Assembly: GCA_003598025.1 (NCBI GenBank)
Contig: QZKH01000003.1
Location: 234,048-298,047 of the forward strand
Direction: 5' to 3'
Length of the DNA stretch: 64,000 bases
Origin: Candidatus Omnitrophota bacterium
GTDB taxonomy: Bacteria; Omnitrophota; Gorgyraeia; Gygaellales; Profunditerraquicolaceae
The stretch's first letter is position 1; each line of letters starts with the position of its first letter. The notes beneath the pieces were generated by a model. That model saw nothing but the letters and a program-made list of their open reading frames with translations. It was not told the DNA's origin and did no database searches. The translations under genes and the position numbers were made by a program. Positions 39,864 through 48,979 of this stretch are shown piece by piece.

Positions 39864-40220
39864 TTATTTAACGCTGGTATCCTGTTCTTGTTCTTGGGCA
39901 ACTTGGTTAAATGCGCCCTGCTTATCGGCATCTAGAGGCTGCTTTTGGGCCTCCTGCTTTTCCGTTGCGGGAACCGTATTACTCATTAAAGATTTATTCC
40001 GGTTAGCTGCAAAAAGCGCCAGGCTCAGGCAAGTAATAAAAAACAACACTGATAAAATAGTAGTGACCCGTGTGAGTACTGCCGGGGTCTTCGTCCCGAA
40101 CATTGACTCAACATCAGAAAAGGTATCAACCAAACCTCCACCCCTGCCCCTCTGCACGAGTATTATTATTATTAAAAGTATGCACACGATTACATGTAAT
40201 GCTATTATTAAACCGGTCAT
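39864..40220 (-). CDS. secG: Preprotein translocase subunit SecG
   Basis: ILVQRGRGGGL, LTRVT; follows tpiA. Confidence 0.95.
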   Translation of the reverse strand: MTGLIIALHVIVCILLIIIILVQRGRGGGLVDTFSDVESMFGTKTPAVLTRVTTILSVLFFITCLSLALFAANRNKSLMSNTVPATEKQEAQKQPLDADKQGAFNQVAQEQEQDTSVK

Positions 40221-40990
40221 TTTAATACCTCACTTGCTTTTTTTATTATCGAGATAAAGGATTCTATAGAAAGGCTTGCGCCTCCGACTAAGGCACCGTC
40301 GACATCAGGTTTAAGTAGAATCTCGCTTATATTTTCCGGCTTGACGCTGCCTCCATATTGTATTCTAACCTCAGAAGCTACCTCTTCGCTATAAATATCT
40401 TTTATTAAGTCTCTTATATACTTATGGGCCTCCTGGGCCTGTTCAGCAGTAGCAGTTTTACCGGTACCGATAGCCCATACCGGTTCATAAGCTATAATAA
40501 TACCTGCCATCTTATCTGCGCTGATCCCAGAAACCCCATTCGTGATATGGTCATTCAATACCTTAAAAGTCTGACCGCCATCGCGCTCTTTAAGGGTCTC
40601 GCCTACACAAACAATCGGGATTAAACCATGATTAAGCGCAGCTATTATCTTTTTATTTACCGTTAAATTGGTCTCCGCAAAAAACTGCCTTCTTTCAGAA
40701 TGCCCTATTATAACATATTTGCAACCGGCATCTTTAAGCATAACAGGTGATATCTCTCCGGTAAAAGCACCCTGGTCTTCCCAATAAAGATTTTGCGCCC
40801 CTAATTCTATGGGAGAATCGACAATAATTTCTGCTACTTCCGCCAGACTGGTAAATACAGGGCAAATAACTACATCCGTATTCAGGTTTTTTACAGAGAA
40901 TAACTCTCTCTTTAATCCGCTGGCAAGCTCAATTGACTGCCCGATAGTTTTGTTCATTTTCCAGTTTCCAGCAATAATAATTTTTCTCAT
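40217..40990 (-). CDS. tpiA: Triosephosphate isomerase
   Basis: AGNWKMN, GHSERR, AYEPVWAIGTG, YGGSV, LVGGASL. Confidence 0.99.
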   Translation of the reverse strand: MRKIIIAGNWKMNKTIGQSIELASGLKRELFSVKNLNTDVVICPVFTSLAEVAEIIVDSPIELGAQNLYWEDQGAFTGEISPVMLKDAGCKYVIIGHSERRQFFAETNLTVNKKIIAALNHGLIPIVCVGETLKERDGGQTFKVLNDHITNGVSGISADKMAGIIIAYEPVWAIGTGKTATAEQAQEAHKYIRDLIKDIYSEEVASEVRIQYGGSVKPENISEILLKPDVDGALVGGASLSIESFISIIKKASEVLK

Positions 40991-41004
40991 CTTGATTTCC
41001 TTGT

Positions 41005-42186
41005 TTATTTATCTGCCAATGCAGCTATTCCGGGTAAAGTTTTTCCCTCCAGATACTCAAGACTTGCCCCGCCTCCTGTTGAAATATGGGACATTTTATC
41101 TTCCAGGTTAAATTTAGCTATGGCTGCAGCCGTGTCCCCTCCTCCGATTATGCTGACAGTATCAAGACCGGCAATAAATTCTGCGACATTTTTTGTTCCT
41201 TTACTGAAAGGCTCCATCTCAAATATACCTAAGGGGCCGTTCCAGACAATAGTTTTCGAAGATTTCAACTGGCTATTAAACAATTCCACTGTCTTTGGAC
41301 CGATATCTACTGCGATCATTCCCTCAGGTATCGACTCACCGACTACCTCAGGCTTGCTAGTTTCATCAATTTTAGCGACTACAATATGGTCAACAGGCAA
41401 TAGTATTTTTTTATTTGCTTCCTTTGCTTTTTCAAGTATAGCTTTAGCGATATCTATTTTGTCCTTCTCAAGCTTAGAATTACCGATCTGAATGCCTTTT
41501 GCCTTAAGAAAGGTATAGCTCATCCCGCCGCCTATGAGTATAATATCGCATTTCGGCAGCAGGTTGTCGATAACCCCTATCTTATCTGAAACTTTTGCTC
41601 CTCCTAAAATAACGGCAAAAGGTTTAGCCGGATTTGCGACTGCTGCGCCAAGGTATTTAATCTCCTTTTCTATTAAAAAACCGGCAACTGACTTTAAATA
41701 ATGCGTAACTCCTTCAGTCGATGCGTGAGCGCGGTGTGCCGTGCCGAAAGCATCATTGACAAACAAATCAGCTGATGATGCCAGTTTCTTTGCAAACTCC
41801 GGGTCATTTCCTTCTTCTTCCTCGTGAAACCGGAGGTTTTCCAATAAGATGACCTTTTCATTTGAGGATTTTATTTTAGACTCTACTTCAGGACCGACGC
41901 AATCATCAAGCATTAATACATTCTGACCAAGCAATTCCTTCAAGCGTAAAGAAACAGGCTTGAGGCTGTATTTAGCGATAACTTTGCCATCCGGACGGCC
42001 TAAGTGGCTCATAAGGATGAGTTTCTTGGCTTTATTAGCTATTATATAATTAATAGTCTCAAGAGTGGCCTTGATCCTGGTATCATCAGTTATCTTAAGA
42101 TCGCTATCTAGCGGGACATTAAAATCAGCCCGCATAAGCACAACCTTGCCATTCAAATCAATGTCTTTAATTGACATTTTATTCAT
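41005..42186 (-). CDS. pgk: Phosphoglycerate kinase
   Basis: RADFNVP, SHLGRP, LLENLRF, GGAKVSDK, HISTGGGASLE. Confidence 0.99.
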   Translation of the reverse strand: MNKMSIKDIDLNGKVVLMRADFNVPLDSDLKITDDTRIKATLETINYIIANKAKKLILMSHLGRPDGKVIAKYSLKPVSLRLKELLGQNVLMLDDCVGPEVESKIKSSNEKVILLENLRFHEEEEGNDPEFAKKLASSADLFVNDAFGTAHRAHASTEGVTHYLKSVAGFLIEKEIKYLGAAVANPAKPFAVILGGAKVSDKIGVIDNLLPKCDIILIGGGMSYTFLKAKGIQIGNSKLEKDKIDIAKAILEKAKEANKKILLPVDHIVVAKIDETSKPEVVGESIPEGMIAVDIGPKTVELFNSQLKSSKTIVWNGPLGIFEMEPFSKGTKNVAEFIAGLDTVSIIGGGDTAAAIAKFNLEDKMSHISTGGGASLEYLEGKTLPGIAALADK

Positions 42187-42211
42187 GAATTTCCTCCTAT
42201 TTAAATGCTTT

Positions 42212-42240
42212 AATATATATCAATTTAGTTGGTTTGTCAA
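42212..42240 (-). promoter_or_regulatory. Sigma70 promoter for pgk-tpiA-secG
   Basis: TTGACA (42240-42235), 17 nt, TATATT (42217-42212); AGGAGG RBS. Confidence 0.75.
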
Positions 42241-42278
42241 AGGTTTTCCCTTTACTGTCAGGATGGTTGGTTTATAAT

Positions 42279-42404
42279 TCGTATAGGTATAGAGTATTGC
42301 GTTATTGCAATATGTGACTTTGTGTCGTGTGTCTTTGCGACTGAATACTTTATCTATTTCTATGAACTATCAACTATGAACCATAAACTATGAACTATGA
42401 ACTA
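42279..42404. repeat. Composite short-period repeat tract (7-mers, 8-mers, TGAACTA array)
   Basis: GAGTATTGCGTTATTGC, then TGTGAC/TGTGTC units (42312-42342), then about six heptamers at 42360-42404 that include the upstream gene's stop codon. Confidence 0.85.
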
Positions 42405-44656
42405 AAATCCACTTTCTGTCCTATTGGTAAACTTGCGATGAGAAGGCTTGAAAGCTTAAAGAATAGCAAAAATACCAGGCTGTTTATAAGTCCGATTACA
42501 GGAAAAAAGAATATCCCGGCCAAAACCCCCGAAAGACAGCTTCCCAACAGATCTGCGGCATAAAGCAATCCGGCATTGGCAGCTTTGAAGCTGACATTAT
42601 TATTAATCAGCGAATTGGCCAAAACAAATTGAAAACCGACACAAAAACCGGGCAAAGCAAATAAGAATACAAAAAGTATATAATTATTAACAAAGATGAT
42701 ATTTTTATCAAATAAAACTATCAAAGATGAGATTATTGAAATAATCAGCAATTCACCAGATATAAACAGTTTACTAAGCAGTTTTCTTTCCGTTTTAAAT
42801 CTGCCGGCAACCAGGCTTCCCACAGCAGCTCCGGACATAAATATGCTGATAAGAAAACCTATTCTCTGGTAAAGGTAACCGAAATATACCTGAAAAGCAA
42901 ACGAAAGCATAAGCATAACCATCATCCCGAAAAACCCAGTAACAGCAACTGGATAAAAAATCTGGATATCGTTTTTCAGGTAATTTTTTAAACGCAAAAC
43001 CAATATAAAAACAGTGGCAATGATAACAAGAATCAACAACGCCGTTAAATTTATACTCTTTACCTTTTCAAAGATATATTTCATTCCGGATGAATATTTA
43101 TTACTCCATAAACGCATGCTTTCATAAACTGCGACCGGCCTGAGGTCAGTGTTAACTTCTTTTGTTGCATTCTTCAACTGAGCACTAAACCATTCCTGCC
43201 GAGCGGCATCCAATCTGTAATTAAGATAACCTGCATTCAGAAAATCAGTAGTAATCCCCATTTGTTTCATTCTGTTCTCAATTACTTTCGGGTTGAAATT
43301 ATATTTGATAAAGCGCGAATCTGTGCCTATGTATAAATTATAATCTCCGGGAATAACGGAAGTATACGCAAAAACATCTTTGAGGCCGTTAAATATGCAG
43401 GCATTCATATCTTTAAGCTCATTGCCCATATAAGTACTTGACCCTAAAAGGCTAAATACAATTAATCCGCCCCTATTTAATTTCGTTTTTACTAAAGCAA
43501 AAAACTCTTTAGTCAGAAGCCTGTTTGCCGACAAATCAACCGGGCCGCTGACACCAAGAAAAATAATATCAAATTTATCAACTGCCCGTAACAAAAAGAG
43601 CCTTCCATCAATATTACTCAGCCATAATCTTTTATCTGAGAGTTCAAGCAGGCTAAGTTCATCAGGATGCTTCTTGACCATTTCAATCAGTAAAGGATCA
43701 AGCTCGGCATAATCGACTCTATCTACAGGGTATTTAAATATTTCCGATATCACTCCCCCTATCCCGCCGCCGATCACAAGTATCCGCTTAGGGTTATCAC
43801 TTAATAACAAGGGAAAATTTACAAAATCTTCAATTAAATTAGTATCGGGATGCGGCAATATTACTGCCGGAAGGCCATTATAATAAAATACCGTCTGCTT
43901 ATTATCCTTGGTTACTGCGACATTGCCGTATACAGAATTTCTGTTTTCAACCGCCCCCTCCCTGCCAAATCTTATTTTAAGCGAAGACTTTTCCAAATCA
44001 GCCGGCCGGTTAAAAATTATTGTAAATATAAATACTGCGAATATGGAAATAAGTAGAAATTTAGCCCTGCCTGCAGAAAAACTTTTAAGAAAAACAAAGC
44101 CGACGATCGCGCTAGCTAAGGCAACCAAGTAAGCAATCTGAAATGATGAATAATGGGTTACCAGGGCATAAGTAAAAACAAAACCTCCGATTATAGTGCC
44201 CAGCGTTTCTAAGGCATAAATATTTGCGACCGGACTTGCCTTCTTGTCATTTTTTGAAGAGAATAGTGAACAGGCACAGCTGAATAAAGCGCCATGGCTG
44301 GAAGCTATAAGCAGATTCGCCATGAACGATAACAATAGCACTTGCCCTATTCCCAGCGCCTCATAGGGTTTAAGATCAAAAAGAAATTTAAATGTCCTGG
44401 AAAAATATAATGCTGCAGGCAGGCTGGCTGAAAAAATAAGGTTAAGCACAACAAAATATAACCTGGATTTATCCTTGTTACGCCTAAGCAACAGAGAAAA
44501 AATGTAGGCGCCTAAAGATTCAAGGAAAATCCAGCTGGATAATATGGCCCCGATAACAAGCTCATTACCATATGCGCTAAAAGATATCTCCCTCAATAGA
44601 AGGACCTGCGCGATTATGCCGCTTGCTCCCACTAGAACCAGAAAGAATATATTCAT
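42395..44656 (-). CDS. Membrane protein with central spermidine-synthase-like SAM-binding domain
   Basis: N-terminal TM bundle (QVLLLRE, GNEL, YALETLGTIIGG), NSVYGNVAV, ILVIGGGIGG, ELDP, DGR, C-terminal TM bundle (YAADLLGS). Confidence 0.85.
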   Translation of the reverse strand: MNIFFLVLVGASGIIAQVLLLREISFSAYGNELVIGAILSSWIFLESLGAYIFSLLLRRNKDKSRLYFVVLNLIFSASLPAALYFSRTFKFLFDLKPYEALGIGQVLLLSFMANLLIASSHGALFSCACSLFSSKNDKKASPVANIYALETLGTIIGGFVFTYALVTHYSSFQIAYLVALASAIVGFVFLKSFSAGRAKFLLISIFAVFIFTIIFNRPADLEKSSLKIRFGREGAVENRNSVYGNVAVTKDNKQTVFYYNGLPAVILPHPDTNLIEDFVNFPLLLSDNPKRILVIGGGIGGVISEIFKYPVDRVDYAELDPLLIEMVKKHPDELSLLELSDKRLWLSNIDGRLFLLRAVDKFDIIFLGVSGPVDLSANRLLTKEFFALVKTKLNRGGLIVFSLLGSSTYMGNELKDMNACIFNGLKDVFAYTSVIPGDYNLYIGTDSRFIKYNFNPKVIENRMKQMGITTDFLNAGYLNYRLDAARQEWFSAQLKNATKEVNTDLRPVAVYESMRLWSNKYSSGMKYIFEKVKSINLTALLILVIIATVFILVLRLKNYLKNDIQIFYPVAVTGFFGMMVMLMLSFAFQVYFGYLYQRIGFLISIFMSGAAVGSLVAGRFKTERKLLSKLFISGELLIISIISSLIVLFDKNIIFVNNYILFVFLFALPGFCVGFQFVLANSLINNNVSFKAANAGLLYAADLLGSCLSGVLAGIFFFPVIGLINSLVFLLFFKLSSLLIASLPIGQKVDFSS

Positions 44657-44661
44657 TTTAT

Positions 44662-44703
44662 AAAAAATGGGGGGCTTACTCTGTTTCCGTAACGTAAGCC
44701 CCC
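44662..44703 (-). terminator. Intrinsic terminator after gap
   Basis: 10-bp stem GGGGGCTTAC/GTAAGCCCCC followed by a T-run on the - strand. Confidence 0.8.
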
Positions 44704-44721
44704 GTTAAGAGATCTATACTA

Positions 44722-45756
<1,035 letters not shown>

Positions 45757-45886
45757 TTAATATTGTTAAATATTCCGACTTTACTTTTCCTTAGTTTTTG
45801 GACTATTTAAGTATGTTAATATATTTATCTGTCCCCCTTTCAAAAAAGACTGTAAAATAAATGGATCAAGTTATTTTCAAGCTGGA

Positions 45887-46882
45887 TTAATTCTCTCTTA
45901 GGATTTTTGCAGCAAGTTCCGGCGGCGTTGGCACGACGTAAAAACCTGAGCCCCATTCAAAACCAGCTAACCTGGTTAATTTAGGCATAAACTCTATATG
46001 CCAATGATAGCTGTCATAAACAGTATCTCCGTTAATCGGAGAAGAATGCACTATATAATTATAAGAAATATTTGAAAAAACTTTTTTTAGCTTGGTAACT
46101 GTATCCTTCAGGATTGAAGCTAATTCAGGTATCTCTGCATCTGCCATATGGCAGAACCTGCTATTATGAGCTTTAGGCATAATCCAGATTTCAAAAGGGA
46201 ACCGCGAAACGAACGGGCAAAAAGAAACAAAGTACTTATTCTCTATTATTACCCTTTCTTTTTCCTGAAGCTCCTGCCTGATTACATCACAGAAAATACA
46301 ACGGTCTCTATAGTCATAATAGTTCTTTGAACCCTTCAGCTCTTCTACCGCACTCTTGGGGACCATAGGAAGAGCGATAATCTGGGAATGCGGGTGCTCA
46401 AGAGAGGCGCCTGCTGCAGGGCCAAAATTTTTGAATATCATTATATATTTGAACCTGTGGTCCCGGGCTAAATCCCTTGCACGGGAGCAAGACATCGAGA
46501 TATAGCTTTCAATTTCGCTGTTAAGAAGACTGGGGATATCCTTATAATGGTAGGGGCTTTCAATCAATATTTCATGAGCGCCAACACCATTTGACATATC
46601 ATAAATGCCTACGCCTCTGCGGTCTAAATCACCTTCAATCTGTAAAGCCGGAAATTTATTAGGAACTACCCTTACTTGCCAGCCGGGAGAATTAGGTGAA
46701 GACCCATCGATCCTGACGGCATCGATCTCAGGCGGAGTCAGCTTTTCGTTACCATAGCAAAAAGGACAAATCCCGCCCTTAAAAGCATGCTGCTCATATT
46801 CAAAATCCGCAGGCAAGGCCGGATGGTCAGTATCAACAATTACCCATCTGCCGCCAATAGGATCCCTTCGTAACTCTGACAT
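45887..46882 (-). CDS. galT: GalT-family hexose-1-phosphate nucleotidyltransferase, catalytic motif intact
   Basis: ELRRDP, CPFC, NKFPAL, GASLEHPHSQ, HWHIE, AGFEWG. Confidence 0.9.
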   Translation of the reverse strand: MSELRRDPIGGRWVIVDTDHPALPADFEYEQHAFKGGICPFCYGNEKLTPPEIDAVRIDGSSPNSPGWQVRVVPNKFPALQIEGDLDRRGVGIYDMSNGVGAHEILIESPYHYKDIPSLLNSEIESYISMSCSRARDLARDHRFKYIMIFKNFGPAAGASLEHPHSQIIALPMVPKSAVEELKGSKNYYDYRDRCIFCDVIRQELQEKERVIIENKYFVSFCPFVSRFPFEIWIMPKAHNSRFCHMADAEIPELASILKDTVTKLKKVFSNISYNYIVHSSPINGDTVYDSYHWHIEFMPKLTRLAGFEWGSGFYVVPTPPELAAKILREN

Positions 46883-46884
46883 AT

Positions 46885-47913
46885 CTATACCTCAACCTCT
46901 CTTAAATATTTAGCTGAATCTTCAGGCGATAAAGGACATATATAAAAACCTGTACCCCATTCAAAACCTGCTACCTTTGTTAGGCGCGGGATTATTTCGA
47001 TGTGCCAGTGATAATCATTATCAATGCTTTTCCAGTAACCAGACTTAGGCCTTCTAAACGGCGCAGTGTGTAAAACATAATTATAAGAAATATCATTAAG
47101 GCCTACCTTGATTTTTTGAAGTATCTTTTTCATAACTTTGGCAAGGTATAACCTATGTTCCGGCTCGATGTTGACAAAATCGCAGGAATGCTTCTTTGGC
47201 AAAATCCATACTTCAAAAGGAAACCTCGCCGCAAACGGCGTAATGGCAATAAACCCGTCTATATCAAGGATAACTCTTTCTTTAGATGACATCTCCTGGT
47301 TGATTAAATCACAAAAAATACACCTTTCATGGTATTCATAATAAAGCCTTGCGCCTTTAAGCTCTTCTTTGACTCTTTTTGGGTTAACAGGTGTTGCAAT
47401 AAGCTGGGAACGCGAATGTTTTAGCTTGCTGCCCCCGGCAGACCAGCCGTAATTCTTAAAAACTAAAACGTATTTAAAACGCTCATCCTTTTCCAGATCC
47501 CTTATGCGGTCAACATAACAGGCCAGTACCTTGGATATTTGCTGTTCTTCTAGATCAGCCATGTTAGCTATATGCTTATTCGTCTCGACAACGATTTCGT
47601 GCGCACCGATGCCGCTCATAAGATCATACAAGCCCCTGCCATGCCGGTCAAGCTGACCTTCAATCCTTAAAAATGGGGCAATACTCGGGACAACCCTGAG
47701 TTCCCATCCGGGGCTGTTTTTCGCAGAACCGGTTGGCCTGACAGCATATATTTCAGGGGGAGTTTGGGATTCATGCCCCTGGCAGAAAGGGCACGAAGGA
47801 GCTTCCTCCTGTCCATTCGTGGGGGCAATACCGAATTGATCTGGCCTGCGCAACCGCTCAGTTGCTACAATAACCCACCTGCCTATAATCGGATCTTTTC
47901 GTAATTCTGGCAT
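46885..47913 (-). CDS. GalT-family paralog with nucleophilic His replaced (HSRSQ)
   Basis: ELRKDP, CPFC, GAHE, HWHIE and AGFEWG are retained, but HPHSQ becomes HSRSQ and NKFPAL becomes SIAPFL. Confidence 0.88.
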   Translation of the reverse strand: MPELRKDPIIGRWVIVATERLRRPDQFGIAPTNGQEEAPSCPFCQGHESQTPPEIYAVRPTGSAKNSPGWELRVVPSIAPFLRIEGQLDRHGRGLYDLMSGIGAHEIVVETNKHIANMADLEEQQISKVLACYVDRIRDLEKDERFKYVLVFKNYGWSAGGSKLKHSRSQLIATPVNPKRVKEELKGARLYYEYHERCIFCDLINQEMSSKERVILDIDGFIAITPFAARFPFEVWILPKKHSCDFVNIEPEHRLYLAKVMKKILQKIKVGLNDISYNYVLHTAPFRRPKSGYWKSIDNDYHWHIEIIPRLTKVAGFEWGTGFYICPLSPEDSAKYLREVEV

Positions 47914-47994
47914 ATTTTATAAATATGTTTCTTGATTAATCTTGTTGAAAGATTGGGATACACATATCGCTGCATAACTATCCCGGAGTTTCCA

Positions 47995-48022
47995 ATTATA
48001 CCATCATATTGGCCTAATGCAA
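47995..48022 (-). promoter_or_regulatory. Extended -10 promoter for the galT pair
   Basis: TGgTATAAT (48003-47995); TTGCAT lies 16 nt upstream of the -10. Confidence 0.55.
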
Positions 48023-48976
48023 ACAATTTTTAAAAACATCGCCGAGAATAACCTTATGCCCTGCAATAAAATCACCGGCCTTCATTGCTTTTTTATTCTC
48101 TGCCTGCAGTTCTTTTATGGTCACTGCTCCGTCGCCTGTTTTAACGACTATCCCTGCCTTAGATACTTCCAGTATCTGACCGGGTTTATATCCGCTGCCA
48201 AAACTATCATTAACTAACTCTAATTCTAGTATCCTCAGTAATTTTCCATTCAAATAAGAATAGCTGCCGGGCCAACCCAAACAGCCCCTGACATGGTTAA
48301 TAATGGCCCTGGAATGCTTACTCCATTCTATAAGCCCGTCTTCTTTCTTGAGTTTACGCGCATATGTAACTTTAGATTCTTCCTGAGGAATCAAGGTATA
48401 TTTACCGCTTGGAATTGAGCTTAAAACTTTAATGACTAATTCTGCGGATAATTCTGAAAGTTTCTCTGCCAAAGTAACGGCCGTATCGCTTTCGTTGATC
48501 TGAATAGACTTTTGGCAAATAACAGGCCCGGCATCCATTTTAGTGTTAATTTTAATAGCCGAAACTCCAGTATATTTTTCGCCGTTAATCAACGCCCAAT
48601 TAACCGGAGCAGCACCCCTGTATTTAGGGAGGAGAGAAGCGTGCATATTAAATGCCATAATTTTTGCGGTTTTTATCACAGCAGAAGAAAGAATCTGGCC
48701 ATATGCAATAACTACAAGCAGGTCCGGATCTATTTTTTTTAATGTTACTAGACTGACAGAATCGTTTATATCCTGCGGTTGATAGGTCTTGATCCCTAAA
48801 TCCTGGCATAGCTTCTTGACTGGAGTAGCGCAAATTTGCCTGCCTCTTCCCTTAGCTCTGTCGGGCTGAGTAAACACGCAAGCCACGTTATAACCGTTAT
48901 CGAAAATAGCCTTTAACGGCTTTACGGCAAACTCAGAACTGCCTAAGAAAACAATATTCATCTTTCTCTTATCCAT
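48014..48976 (-). CDS. fmt: Methionyl-tRNA formyltransferase
   Basis: VFTQPDR..GRG, AYGQIL, NMHASLLPKYRGAAP, MDAG. Confidence 0.97.
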   Translation of the reverse strand: MDKRKMNIVFLGSSEFAVKPLKAIFDNGYNVACVFTQPDRAKGRGRQICATPVKKLCQDLGIKTYQPQDINDSVSLVTLKKIDPDLLVVIAYGQILSSAVIKTAKIMAFNMHASLLPKYRGAAPVNWALINGEKYTGVSAIKINTKMDAGPVICQKSIQINESDTAVTLAEKLSELSAELVIKVLSSIPSGKYTLIPQEESKVTYARKLKKEDGLIEWSKHSRAIINHVRGCLGWPGSYSYLNGKLLRILELELVNDSFGSGYKPGQILEVSKAGIVVKTGDGAVTIKELQAENKKAMKAGDFIAGHKVILGDVFKNCLH

Positions 48977-48979
48977 ATT

